This document shows, in pieces, positions 21,332 through 31,326 of a stretch of DNA of 64,000 nucleotides; positions within the stretch are counted from its first letter, which is position 1; each line of letters opens with the position of its first letter. Both the position numbers and the translations under genes were made by a program. Below the pieces are notes generated by a model. The model was not told the origin of the DNA. It made no database searches and saw nothing but the letters and a program-made list of their open reading frames with translations. This DNA is from an uncultured delta proteobacterium (GTDB lineage Bacteria > Myxococcota_A > Polyangia > Polyangiales > Polyangiaceae). Where the stretch lies: assembly GCA_963806225.1 (NCBI GenBank), contig CAWDXG010000004.1, positions 3,872,001 to 3,936,000 of the forward strand, given 5' to 3'.

Positions 21332-21757
21332 ATGGCGAACGAGCTGTCCGGCAGGGAGTTCGAAGCGCGCTTCCGCGAGCTGGTCTCGGAGCTCGGTCGC
21401 GATCAGAAGAACGACGGATGCGTCGAGTGCGCCGGCTGCCGCGCATGCAACGGCTGCACCTTCTGTCGCGATTCGGAACGCCTGGTGCGTTGCCACTACT
21501 GCGTGCGCTGCAGCATGTGTACCGACTGCTCGCACTGTCGCGGCTCGCGCGGGCTCATCGGGTGCATGCACTGTGTGGAGTCGGAGAGCTGCGCGTCCAG
21601 CTCGTATCTCGTGCGCAGCATTTCGCTCACACACTGCAGCTACTGCTTCGGCTGCGTCGGGCTGAGCGGCCGCGATTTCCACATCCTCAACGAGCCGTAC
21701 GCGCGCGACGAATACTTCGCGCTGACACGGCGCCTGACACGCGAGCTCGGGCTGTAG
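21332..21757 (+). CDS. Cys-rich period-3 repeat protein (CxxCxxC)
   Basis: 18 Cys in 141 aa; ends CSYCFGCVGL..FHILN..Y...EY. Confidence 0.85.
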   Translation: MANELSGREFEARFRELVSELGRDQKNDGCVECAGCRACNGCTFCRDSERLVRCHYCVRCSMCTDCSHCRGSRGLIGCMHCVESESCASSSYLVRSISLTHCSYCFGCVGLSGRDFHILNEPYARDEYFALTRRLTRELGL

Positions 21758-21764
21758 CGCCGGC

Positions 21765-22094
21765 ATGAGCGACCCTGCTCTCGAAGCTCTGTGGAAGAAC
21801 GTCCTCGACAACTGGGACGAAGACAAGGCCCACGGCGCGTTCCTCGAGCACTGCCAGCGCAGCGACCAGCTCGTCGAAGCCGCAGTGCGCTACCGGGGCA
21901 TGAAGGGGGATCGAGAGCGCGGCGAGGTCGCGGAAAAGCGCCTTCAGGGCGTGGCGATGCTGGCGATGGCGCAACTGGAAGCCTCGCGCTCCAGCGCGCG
22001 GGAACCGGAGACGCGGCGGGTCACTCTCTTCGTGGCGCTGCTGTTCCTGTTGGCCGCGCTGGGGCTTCTCCTGTACCTCGCCGGCAGCCGCTAG
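21765..22094 (+). CDS. Hypothetical protein with a C-terminal TM anchor
   Basis: LEALWKNVLDNWDEDKAHGAFLEHC helical domain plus a hydrophobic tail. Confidence 0.75.
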   Translation: MSDPALEALWKNVLDNWDEDKAHGAFLEHCQRSDQLVEAAVRYRGMKGDRERGEVAEKRLQGVAMLAMAQLEASRSSAREPETRRVTLFVALLFLLAALGLLLYLAGSR

Positions 22095-22369
22095 GCGTCC
22101 CGATCCGCGCGCCGGGGCGTCCTCCCCAGGAAAGCCACCGCGTCGACATCAATGATTCCAGTCACTTACTGACCGTTGAAATGCAGGTCCATCATCGTTA
22201 GGAATGGAATGCCCCTGGGGAGGCATACGTTGAGGTCGAAGCTGACCTGCCACGGTGCTGTTCGCCCCCCTTTCGAGATGAACCGGCCCGGCCCCGCCCC
22301 AGGAAGCGACGAGCCCGGTCCACGAGACACGCTCCGAACCAACGAGACCTTTCAGGAGGTAACGAAACG

Positions 22370-22909
22370 ATGAGATCGTTCGCACCCGCTGTACTGCTCC
22401 TGTCCGCTGCCGTGGCCATCGGCTGCGGCTCGGACCCGAAGAAGCCCCCGGCCGCCCCGACCGGCGGCACCCAACAGCCCGCCGCGTCCGCCACCGCGGC
22501 GGACAACCCGAAGCCGGGCGACAATCCGAACGAATCGCAGATCAACATCTCCGATGCGATCCGGAAGGCGTGCGGGATTTCCGACGAGGACGCGTTCTTC
22601 GCGTTCAACTCCGCCAAGCTGCGACCGCAGGATCAGCGCGTGCTCGGCGAGCTGTCGAAGTGCTTCACCAGCGGGCCGCTCGCAGGCAAGCAGATGCGTC
22701 TGGTCGGCCATGCCGACCCGCGCGGCGAGCCGGAGTACAACATGGTCCTCGGCGGTCGCCGCGCCGGCAACGTCAAACAGTACCTGGTGAAGGCGGGAAT
22801 GAAGTCCGGCCAGATCGACACAAGCTCCCGCGGCGCGATGGACGCCACCGGAACGGACGAAGCGAGCTGGGCAAAGGACCGCAAAGTCGACGTGATGCTG
22901 GCCAACTGA
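22370..22909 (+). CDS. pal: OmpA/Pal family peptidoglycan-associated lipoprotein
   Basis: Lipobox AIGC; FAFNSAKL, GHADPRGEPEYNMVLGGRRA, WAKDRKV; AGGAGG RBS. Confidence 0.88.
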   Translation: MRSFAPAVLLLSAAVAIGCGSDPKKPPAAPTGGTQQPAASATAADNPKPGDNPNESQINISDAIRKACGISDEDAFFAFNSAKLRPQDQRVLGELSKCFTSGPLAGKQMRLVGHADPRGEPEYNMVLGGRRAGNVKQYLVKAGMKSGQIDTSSRGAMDATGTDEASWAKDRKVDVMLAN

Positions 22910-22943
22910 CGTGGGCCGGGCTTTCGCGCTATAGCGACAACCC

Positions 22944-23681
22944 ATGTATCTCGCTCCACAAGCGACGCCGGAGACGCCCGAGCTGGGCCCACTTCAGCTG
23001 ATGCTCAACTCCTCCGGCGTGGTGCTGGTGGTATTGCTCATCCTGATCACGGCCTCGGTCTCGGTCTGGCTCATCTGGTTCCTCAAGTCGATCCAGCTGA
23101 ACCGCCTGCGCCTCGCACAGCACCGTTTCGAAAAGGAGTCGGAAACGGTCGAGCGCGCCAGCGACCTCATTTCGCTGGCGCTCCAGCACCGCCATGCGCC
23201 CGGCGCGCGGGTGGTGCTGGAGCTGGCCAAGCGTCACCACCAGGCGAACCTCAGCGCGGACCTGCTGCTCGCTGTCGCCAATCGGGCCATCGCGACCGAG
23301 CAGCAGAAGGCGTCCACGCTGATGCCCACTCTGTCGAGCATCGCGTCGGCGGCTCCGTTCGTCGGCCTGTTCGGCACGGTTTGGGGGATCATGGACGCGT
23401 TCATCCGCATCGGCGTGGAGAAGAGCGCTTCGCTGCCGGTGGTGGCGCCGGCCATCGGCGAAGCGCTGATCGCGACGGCGTTCGGGCTGATCGCGGCGAT
23501 CCCGGCCACCATCGGCTTCAACTACGTCGACCGGCGCATCGGCGACCTGCTGGAAGAGCTGCACGCCTCGAGCGAGGCCTGGGCCCAGACACTGGCGGCC
23601 GATCCTGCCGGGCCCTCCTCCGCTGTGCCGCTGGTGAGAGAATCGAATCGCCCACCCGCGATGGGCGCAGTGGGGCGCTGA
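22944..23681 (+). CDS. tolQ: TolQ (MotA/TolQ/ExbB proton channel)
   Basis: SAAPFVGLFGTVWGIM and VVAPAIGEALIATAFGL. Confidence 0.9.
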   Translation: MYLAPQATPETPELGPLQLMLNSSGVVLVVLLILITASVSVWLIWFLKSIQLNRLRLAQHRFEKESETVERASDLISLALQHRHAPGARVVLELAKRHHQANLSADLLLAVANRAIATEQQKASTLMPTLSSIASAAPFVGLFGTVWGIMDAFIRIGVEKSASLPVVAPAIGEALIATAFGLIAAIPATIGFNYVDRRIGDLLEELHASSEAWAQTLAADPAGPSSAVPLVRESNRPPAMGAVGR

Positions 23682-23685
23682 ACCA

Positions 23686-24252
23686 ATGGGGGTGAAGCTC
23701 GGAGGGCGCTCGGGCGGCCGCAGCGGCTTCCGCGACATCAACATCACGCCGCTGGTCGACGTGATGCTGGTGCTGCTCGTGGTGTTCATGGTGACCGCGC
23801 CGCTGCTCACGACGGGGCTCCGCATCAACCTGCCCGAGGTGAAGGCGGCCAACACGCCGGTGAAGGACGCGCGGCTGCTGGTCACGGTGACCAAGGACGA
23901 GCGCATCCTGTTCGGCGACCGCGACGTGACCGACAACGTCGCCCAGGCGCTGCGCGACAATGCGCGCGTCCAGAAAGAGCGCGAGCTGTACATCCGGGCG
24001 GACAAGGAAGCCCACTACGGCGTGGTCGCGCGCGTTGTGGCCGCCGCACGCAACAGCGGCGTGGATTCGTTGAACCTGCTGGTCCAGCCCGAGATCGAAG
24101 CAGCGGACGACACGGACAAGGGCCAGGCCGGCAAGGGCGCCCAGGCGAAAGCGCCCCAGGGTGCCAAGACGAAGCCGGCCAAGGCCGGCGGCACGGCGGG
24201 CGGGATCGGCACACCTGCGCAGGGAGCGGGGGCGCCCACGCCCGGCAAGTAG
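23686..24252 (+). CDS. tolR: TolR/ExbD family protein
   Basis: DINITPLVDVMLVLLVVFMVTAPL and IRADKEAHYG. Confidence 0.9.
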   Translation: MGVKLGGRSGGRSGFRDINITPLVDVMLVLLVVFMVTAPLLTTGLRINLPEVKAANTPVKDARLLVTVTKDERILFGDRDVTDNVAQALRDNARVQKERELYIRADKEAHYGVVARVVAAARNSGVDSLNLLVQPEIEAADDTDKGQAGKGAQAKAPQGAKTKPAKAGGTAGGIGTPAQGAGAPTPGK

Positions 24253-24256
24253 CCCG

Positions 24257-25069
24257 ATGGATGGCGGCACCCGCACCTTCGCGCCTGGGGAAGTCCTGGT
24301 CGCCGCGCTGCTCGCGGTCGTGGTCGAGATCGGCTTCTTCCTGCTGCTCGGCTTTGCCGGGACCAGCCGCCTGCACATCCAGTCGCGCGACAAGCCGCCG
24401 CCCGAAGAGATCCCCATCGCGGTCAAGCCCGTGATGGACCCGCTGCCGCTGCTCAAGCTCGGCGGCAAGAAGGTCAAGGCGAAGCTGCCCGACATGTGGA
24501 AGAAGCAGGCTCCGGTCAAGCAGTACGAGGAGAAGAGCGCGCCCTCGCCGGACGCCAAGCAGACACCCGACGCGATCACGAGCGCGCCGGTCGCCACGGC
24601 CGACGCCGAGGCGCCGCCGCCCGACGCCGAGGTCGTGAAGCAGGTCGACGAGAACCTCAAGCTCATCGACGCGGGGCCCGACGCGCCGACCGTCGAGGGC
24701 GCAGGCTCGCCCAACGGCGTCAAGCAGGGCACCGAAACCGACCCGCTCAAGGCGCGCGCCGTCAGCATGTACACGATGAAGATCCTTGGCTGGTTCAACG
24801 CGCGTTTCCGCCCGCCGGTCGGCAAGATCCCCTGCGCCGAGCTCAAGAAATTGAGTGTCGGCGTGGCCGCGAACGTCGGAGGAGATAGGAGCGTGTCGGG
24901 TTTCACTATCAACGGATCGAGCGGAAATCCGGTTTTCGACGCCAAGGTCCGCTCGACCATGCAGTCGATCGTGGGACAACAGCTGCCCCCGCCGCCGCCC
25001 CTCTACCCCGACATCCTGGGCTCCACGGTGCACCCGCGGTTCTCGGGAGCAGGAGCGAAATGCAAGTGA
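24257..25069 (+). CDS. TolA/TonB-like energy transducer
   Basis: Single N-terminal TM, Pro/Lys-rich spacer, TonB_C-like SSGNPVFD; lies between tolR and tolB. Confidence 0.8.
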   Translation: MDGGTRTFAPGEVLVAALLAVVVEIGFFLLLGFAGTSRLHIQSRDKPPPEEIPIAVKPVMDPLPLLKLGGKKVKAKLPDMWKKQAPVKQYEEKSAPSPDAKQTPDAITSAPVATADAEAPPPDAEVVKQVDENLKLIDAGPDAPTVEGAGSPNGVKQGTETDPLKARAVSMYTMKILGWFNARFRPPVGKIPCAELKKLSVGVAANVGGDRSVSGFTINGSSGNPVFDAKVRSTMQSIVGQQLPPPPPLYPDILGSTVHPRFSGAGAKCK

Positions 25070-26408
25070 TTCCGAAATTCGTCGCTCGCGGCGTCGTCCT
25101 GGCGCTCGCACTCGCGCTGGTGCCGGCCGTCGCGCTCGCGCAGGAGCAGAAACCGCCCGCCGACGAGAGCGCGCTCGGAGAGTTCGTCGTCACCGGAACG
25201 CCGCACGAGCACATCACGCGGCTGGCGATCCTGCCGTCGCTGTCGCCGGACATGGCGGACGTGATCGTGCGCGGCGTCGTGCGACGCGACTTCCAGCTCA
25301 CCGGGATGTTCGACCTCATCGCCGACAAGAAGGCGCCGGAAGGCCTGTACGGTTTCAACGACCCGGTCGACATCAACGCCTGGAAGAAGCTGGGCGCGGA
25401 GGTGATCGTCAAGCTCGCGGCTCGCGCGGTGCCGAAGGACAAGAAGAAGGTCCAGGTCTACGGGCTCTGCTACTTCCTCAACGTCGGCAAGGACCCGGTC
25501 TACCAGAAGCAGCTCATCGTCGACCGCTCCATCGTGCGCGTGACGGCGCATCGCATCACCGACGCGCTGCTCGGCGCGATCACCGGGCGGCCCGGCGGCT
25601 TCGCCAGCCACTTCACGTTCTCCGGCAAGTGGGGAACGAACCGCCGCATCTTCACCATGGACTCGGACGGCAACGACCTGAAGCCGGTCACGAGCGCGGA
25701 CGTGACGGCTATCGCACCGACGTGGGGCCCCGGTGAGAAGCTCTTGTACACCGTCAGCAAGAACTACGCGCCCTTCAAGCTGATGGAGCTTTCGCGGCGG
25801 CACACCCAAGGCCATCAACGTGCCGTTCAAGACGTCGATCTACAGCGTAGACTTCAACAAGGACAAGACGAAGATGGCCGTCGCCGTTGCCGGAAAGCTC
25901 GGCAGCGCCATCTACGTCGGCCAGCCCGACGGCTCGGGAATGAAGAAGGTATCGACCACGCCGCTGGCGACGCATCCGGTGTGGAGCCCCTCCGGCAAGC
26001 TGGCTTGGATCGGCGGCGGGGCGACGAACGGCACGCAGCGCGTGTACGTCGACGGCAGGGCCATCTCGCCCAGGGGATTCACCGCGGCGGCGCCGACCTT
26101 CTGCGACACCGAGGACGGCATCCGGCTCGTGTACGCCGTGGAAGTCGCGCGGCAACCGGCAGGACCTTGTGATGAGCGGCGAAACGGGCGGCGGCATCGC
26201 CCGGCTCACCCAGCACCAGGGCTCGAACAGCTACCCCGCGTGCAGCCCCGACGGCCGCATGCTCGCCTTCTTCTCCACCCGCGGCGGCAAGAAGGGCATG
26301 TACTTCATGTCGCTCAAGCGCTGGAAGACGCAGCTCCTCACGCGCCAGTACGGCCAGTCGCTCCGGTGGGACGCCCTGCCGCCGCCGCCGAAGTCGGCAC
26401 AGCCGTAG
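25060..26408 (+). CDS. tolB: TolB family beta-propeller protein (frameshifts near 25795 and 26150)
   Basis: Signal peptide; AHRITDALLGAITGRPG; IFTMDSDG; PTWGP, PVWSPSG and PACSPDGRMLAF repeats. Confidence 0.85.
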
Positions 26409-26516
26409 TATTTCGCCCGTCCGGCGCGCCCCGCCCTTGACCGCCCGCCGGGATCACGTAAGCACGTTGTCTCCGCGGCGCGGCCGGGCCGCGCCCATAC
26501 CAGGAGAGCAGAGTCG

Positions 26517-27102
26517 ATGAGCGTACCGGACAGTCCCGCGGAGTTCTTCACGCAGTACATCCCCCAGCGCTTCGAGGCGGTGAAGGCCGGGCTGGCGGGC
26601 AAGTCGTCGTCGGGGTGCATGACCTTCCGCGTGCTCGACGGCGGCGAGTGGAGCCTGCGCCTCACGGACGGCGAGCTGTCGATCAGCGAGGGCATGGAGG
26701 ACGACGCGATCATCCAGATCACCGTCTCCGGGCAGGACTTCCAGCCGATTTTCGTGCAGAGCGCGGTGCAGCAGGAGGGCGAGCCGATCAAGCCCGAGGC
26801 CCAGGTGATGGCGTTCAAGGCGCTCACCATCGACTCCGAGCGCGCCAAGCTCGTGCGTGACGTGGTCGGCAGCGTGGCCTTCGTCGTGGCCGACGGCGAC
26901 AACTTCCACAAGCTGATCATCACGCCAGGCACGGCCGCGCCCAAGCTGGAGGACGCCGACTGCCGGCTGGAGTGCAGCGATGAACGACTTCATGGACATG
27001 CAGAGTGGCAAGCAGCAGCCGCTGCAGCTCGCCATGAGCGGTCGCATCCGCATCGTCGGCAACGCGCAGATCCCGATGGCGCTGAGCGGCGTGTTCGCCT
27101 GA
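26517..27102 (+). CDS. Tandem SCP2 sterol/lipid-binding domain protein (frameshift near 26980)
   Basis: GGEWSLRLTDG...ITVSGQDF; the corrected C-terminus DFMDMQSGKQQPLQLAMSGRIRIVGN is SCP2-like; TGA at 27100-27102; AGGAG RBS. Confidence 0.75.
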
Positions 27103-27146
27103 GCCCGCCTGCTGCCGTCGCCCCGGCCGTGGTAGATGCTGCTTCG

Positions 27147-28583
27147 ATGAGCGAAAAGCCCGAGCGGCGCGACTTCCGCCACACCAAGATCGTCTGCACG
27201 CTGGGTCCGGCCAGCGCCGGGTACGAGACTATCGAGCAGCTCGCGCGCACGGGCATGAACGTCGCGCGGCTGAACATGTCGCACGGCACGCACGAGTCGC
27301 ACCTCGAGGTCATCAAGCGCATCAAGGGCCTGAACAAGCGGCTGAATCACCCGATCTCCATCCTGCTCGACCTGCAGGGCCCGGAGATCCGCACCGGCGA
27401 GCTGAGCGAGAGCCTGGCGCTGAACGTCGGCGACACGCTCTGGCTCACGGTCAGCCCGGAGGAAGACCCGGAGGTGCAAGAGCGTCCACGTCAACTACGA
27501 GGATCTGGTCAACGACCTGCGCGTCGGCGACAAGGTCACCGTCGACAACGGCATCATCAACCTGGAAGTGCTGGCCATCCAGGACCGGCGGCTCGAGTGC
27601 CGGGTGATCGACGGCGGCAAGCTGGGCTCGCGCCGCCACGTGAACCTGCCCGGCATCCGCGTGAACCTGCCCAGCATCACCGACAAAGACCGCCGCGACA
27701 TCCGCTTCGGGCTCGAGAACGAGGCCGACTTCATCGCGCTGTCGTTCGTGCGCTCGCCGAACGACGTGCTGGAAGCGCGCGCGATGGTGGAGGAGGCGAA
27801 GACCCGCACGCAGCTCATCGCCAAGATCGAGAACCAGGAGGGCGTCGACAACTTCCCGAGCATCCTGGGCGTGTCGGACGGCATCATGGTGGCGCGCGGC
27901 GACCTCGGCGTGGAGGTCGACATCCGCGAGCTTCCTGTGATCCAGCGTCGTATCGTCCGCTCCTGCTCGCTTGCCGGCAAGCCGGTCATCGTCGCGACGC
28001 ATCTGCTCGAGTCCGATGATCGAGAACCCGCTGCCCACGCGCGCCGAGGTCAGCGACGTGGCCAACGCCGTCTACGAGCAGGCCGACGCGCTCATGCTCA
28101 GCGGCGAGACGGCCGCGGGCCGCCATCCGGTGCGCTGCGTGCAGATGCTCGACAGCATCATCCGCCGCATCGAGAAGGAACCGGGGCTCGAGTTCCATCT
28201 CGAGCGCCATCCCGACGGCGCACCGGAGGAGCTAGCCCGCGCGGCCTGCCGTCTCGCCGATTCCTCGGGCGCCCCGGCCATCGTGGTGATCACGCGGCGC
28301 GGCCTGCTCGCACAGCTCGTCGCCAGCTACCGGCCTTGCACGCGCCATCATCTACGCCTTCACGAACATGAGCAGCGTGCGCCGCAAGCTCTGGCTCATC
28401 CGCTCCGTCGTCCCCTTCGTCGGCGAGCTGCACAACGACCCGGAAACGACGCTGCGCCTCGCCTTCGACCGGCTCAGGCAGCGCAATCGCTTGTTGCCGG
28501 GCGACTTCGTCGTGGTTGTTTCCGACGTGGTCGTCGGCGAGTCGATCACGACGACGAGCATCCAGGTGCGGCACTTCGCGTAG
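27147..28583 (+). CDS. pyk: Pyruvate kinase (frameshifts near 27477, 28015 and 28340)
   Basis: [72 protein letters not shown]. Confidence 0.95.
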
Positions 28584-28709
28584 CCGGCTGGTCGCAGCTC
28601 GTCGCTGGGCGAGCGGGAACCAGGAAGGCGGGAAGGCGGAAAGGTTTCTGGGGTCGAGTGATGGGGCGGGGAGTGCGGCTCATCCAGCGGGTGGGCGGCG
28701 TAGCTCGGC

Positions 28710-29093
28710 TCACCACACGACGTGGACCAGGCCGCTTTCGCTAATGCGCGAGTCCGCGGTCGCGAGTGGCGCTTCGAGCGAGCGCGCCGTGGAGACGATG
28801 AGATCGTCGGCGGGGTCGCCACCGTAGTCGGGGAGCTGCGCGGCGAGCACGGCGACCTCCGGCTCGAGCGGGAGCAGCGCGACCCGCGCCAGCGACAGTG
28901 CTTCGCGGACCCAGGCACGCACGTCGCGGTCGAGCTTCAGGCGGCCGCGCATCACGAGCATCCCCACCTCCCAGCACGAGATAGCCGAGACGCCGAGCTC
29001 GTCCTCGCCGTCGATGCGGCGCCGCACTCGCGCGGGCAGCTTGCGCGAGTGGCTCGCCCACCAGATCCAGGCGTGGGTGTCGAGAACGATCAC
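28710..29093 (-). CDS. vapC: PIN-domain (VapC-like) toxin
   Basis: IVLDTHAWIWW, SAISCWEV, DPADDLIVSTA, LATAD; GTG start overlaps the antitoxin stop. Confidence 0.9.
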   Translation of the reverse strand: MIVLDTHAWIWWASHSRKLPARVRRRIDGEDELGVSAISCWEVGMLVMRGRLKLDRDVRAWVREALSLARVALLPLEPEVAVLAAQLPDYGGDPADDLIVSTARSLEAPLATADSRISESGLVHVVW

Positions 29094-29314
29094 GAGCGAA
29101 GCTTCCACGCGTCGTGCATGGGCGAGACGATGTCGTCCTCTTCCAGCACGCTGCCCTCGAGGGAACGCGCCGCACCCCGCGCTGCCACGGGTACCACGCG
29201 CGCCACCGGCTTGCCGCGCTTGGTCACGGTGACGGCGTGGCGGGTCGCCTGCACCTCGTCGAGGATAGCGAGGCAGTGGGCCTTGAACTCGGTAGCAGCG
29301 ACGCGCTTGGGCAT
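29090..29314 (-). CDS. Phd/YefM family antitoxin
   Basis: ATEFKAHCLAILDEV...VTVTKRGKPVARVVP. Confidence 0.9.
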   Translation of the reverse strand: MPKRVAATEFKAHCLAILDEVQATRHAVTVTKRGKPVARVVPVAARGAARSLEGSVLEEDDIVSPMHDAWKLRS

Positions 29315-29325
29315 GACCAGATAAG

Positions 29326-29342
29326 CTGACCATAGTGGTCAG
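29326..29342. promoter_or_regulatory. Palindromic operator of the TA pair
   Basis: Perfect CTGACCA-tag-TGGTCAG overlapping a minus-strand TATGGT -10-like box just upstream of the antitoxin ATG. Confidence 0.7.
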
Positions 29343-29405
29343 ATGAGATGACCGCAAGGCTCCGCGCGAGTGGAGGAGCGCAGCCGCAGAAGAAGACCGA
29401 TACGG

Positions 29406-30722
29406 CTACTTGATGACCGTCGGGCAGCCGACCAGGATCTGCACCTTGGCCGTCGTGGCGTTCTTCACGTCGTCGCAGGCCTTGCCGATGAGCTCGATCT
29501 GGCTCTGGCTGGCATCGGTGTAGTCCCAGCAACCGTCGGTCGTGCACGTGTCGGTGGCGTCCGCGCGCTTCTTGGGCGAGCTCGACTTGCCATCTGCCGT
29601 GAGGTCGACGTTCACGGAGTTGGGATCCACCGTCCCGCTCTCCGGCTGCGGCACTTCGTACACGCACCCGAGCGCCTTGCCGCGGATCTTGTCCACCACG
29701 TCGGCCAGCGCCTGGGCGTTGAAGGCGCCGGTGGTCATGTCGAAGTGGCAGGGAGTGGTCGGGTCGGCGCCCGTCTTGGAGAACACGCCGTCGCAGCCCG
29801 CCGGCACTTCCTTGGTCGCACCCGCGTAGGCGTAGGCGCTGAGTGCCAGGCGCATGTGGTAGGGCGCCGTCGCGTAGGCACCCTGGGTCTGTCCGGTGCT
29901 GTCCGAGCCCGGTACACCGATGATGAACGTGGTCACGGGCTTTTTCGGATCCGTGTACGCGGCGTGCAACAGCTGGATCACGTTCGACGGGTACTCCCAG
30001 TCGGGGCATTGCCCGTCGGAATACCCACCGCGCGACGAAAGCGACGTGCAGCTGAAGCCGCCGTCGGAGATGAACACCATCACGCGCTTGCCGTTGATCT
30101 TGTAGGCCTGCAACGCCTGGATCGCGGCATTCATGGCGTCGTAGCCCGGGCTCGCGTCGGTGGCGGTTTTGTCCGGGAAATGGCTTGTGAGCCAGTTGTA
30201 GATCTGGTGGCGCACGCCGGTCGTCGCGTTCGACTTGTCGGTACCGGCGTCCGCCAGCTGCACCTGGGCCAGCGCCGTGATGCCGCACGAAACGCTGAGA
30301 CCGAACAAGCACGCCGGGCCCGGTACCTGGGAGGCAGGATAGGCCAGGAGCCCCAACGCCAGGTTGTCGAAGCTGTCCAGATCGATCGCCTGCGCGATGG
30401 CCAATTGCGCGGCGCTCCACTTGCCGTTGGTGGACATGCTGGAGCTGCGGTCGAGCACGATCAGCACCGCGGCGGGGGCGTGCTTGGCCTTGTACGTCTG
30501 CGCCGCGCAGGCGCCATCCGGCGTGAGCTTGTGGTCGTCGGAGGCGTCCGGCACGGAAAGGTTGCCCCCCGCGCCACCCGTTGCGCTGGCGTCACCGCTG
30601 GAACCGCCGCTGCCACCGGAACCCGATGGCGCGCTGCCGCGGGATGCAGCACAACCCCACGCCGCGGCCACGCCCAGGGAGAGCGCGATCGCGGAGCCGC
30701 GTAACCAGTGTCGCTTTCCCAC
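29406..30722 (-). CDS. VWA-domain lipoprotein with a Gly-rich linker
   Basis: Lipobox AWGC, MIDAS VLDRSSSM, FISDG, C-terminal ELIGKAC...GCPTVIK; GTG 30722 with GGAGAGG RBS. Confidence 0.85.
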   Translation of the reverse strand: MGKRHWLRGSAIALSLGVAAAWGCAASRGSAPSGSGGSGGSSGDASATGGAGGNLSVPDASDDHKLTPDGACAAQTYKAKHAPAAVLIVLDRSSSMSTNGKWSAAQLAIAQAIDLDSFDNLALGLLAYPASQVPGPACLFGLSVSCGITALAQVQLADAGTDKSNATTGVRHQIYNWLTSHFPDKTATDASPGYDAMNAAIQALQAYKINGKRVMVFISDGGFSCTSLSSRGGYSDGQCPDWEYPSNVIQLLHAAYTDPKKPVTTFIIGVPGSDSTGQTQGAYATAPYHMRLALSAYAYAGATKEVPAGCDGVFSKTGADPTTPCHFDMTTGAFNAQALADVVDKIRGKALGCVYEVPQPESGTVDPNSVNVDLTADGKSSSPKKRADATDTCTTDGCWDYTDASQSQIELIGKACDDVKNATTAKVQILVGCPTVIK

Positions 30723-30788
30723 CAAGCACCTCTCCAAGCCAGGCGAGCCTTGCGGGCCCGACGTGCGGAAGTGTACCACGATAGGGAC

Positions 30789-31319
30789 ATGGCCACGCCC
30801 GGGCACGGCGGAGCGGACCCGGCGTTGGCCGTCGACAGCACGACTGCCGCGGCACGCGCCGATGCACCGTCTCCGCGTGCGGGCAGCCCGACCGGCGCGT
30901 TCCTGGGCCGCCTGATGCTCGTGCATTTCGTTGCGTGGGCGGTCGGATTCGGATCGGCCGTCGCGCAGATGCCGATCGCGATCTGGGCTCGCCAGAAAGA
31001 GCTGCTGCACGCCGGCCCGACGGGCGCAACGGTGGGCCTGGTGAAGGACGCGGCGCACAACCTCGCCCTGTCGCCCACGGAGTCGGCCCAATTGCAGATC
31101 GTGCTCGGCTTCATCATGTGGGGCGGCTTGACGATCCTGCTCGCCGTGCACATCGCAGGACTGCCGTGGTGCATTGGCGCCGCGCGCGCGACACGCCGGC
31201 CAGAGCTTGCGCCAGCTGCCCGGAAGGGCCTTCGAATCTTCGGTTTCGCGTGCGCAACGATCGGGGTCGTGGTGGTGCTGGCAGGGGTCGCGGGCTGGAT
31301 CTGGCTGTATACTCTGTGA
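30789..31319 (+). CDS. Hypothetical membrane protein
   Basis: Three hydrophobic helices; ATG 30789. Confidence 0.7.
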   Translation: MATPGHGGADPALAVDSTTAAARADAPSPRAGSPTGAFLGRLMLVHFVAWAVGFGSAVAQMPIAIWARQKELLHAGPTGATVGLVKDAAHNLALSPTESAQLQIVLGFIMWGGLTILLAVHIAGLPWCIGAARATRRPELAPAARKGLRIFGFACATIGVVVVLAGVAGWIWLYTL

Positions 31320-31326
31320 GGTCGTC

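Noticed and set aside
26517..28019. Apparent SCP2-pyruvate kinase fusion
   Set aside because: Frameshift artefact: the SCP2 gene stops at 27102 in the corrected frame and pyk has its own ATG at 27147.
27147..28583. pyk, tolB and moxR as pseudogenes or programmed frameshift genes
   Set aside because: Catalytic motifs are intact, I saw no nonsense codons or slippery heptamers, and the uniform one-base insertions point to sequencing error.
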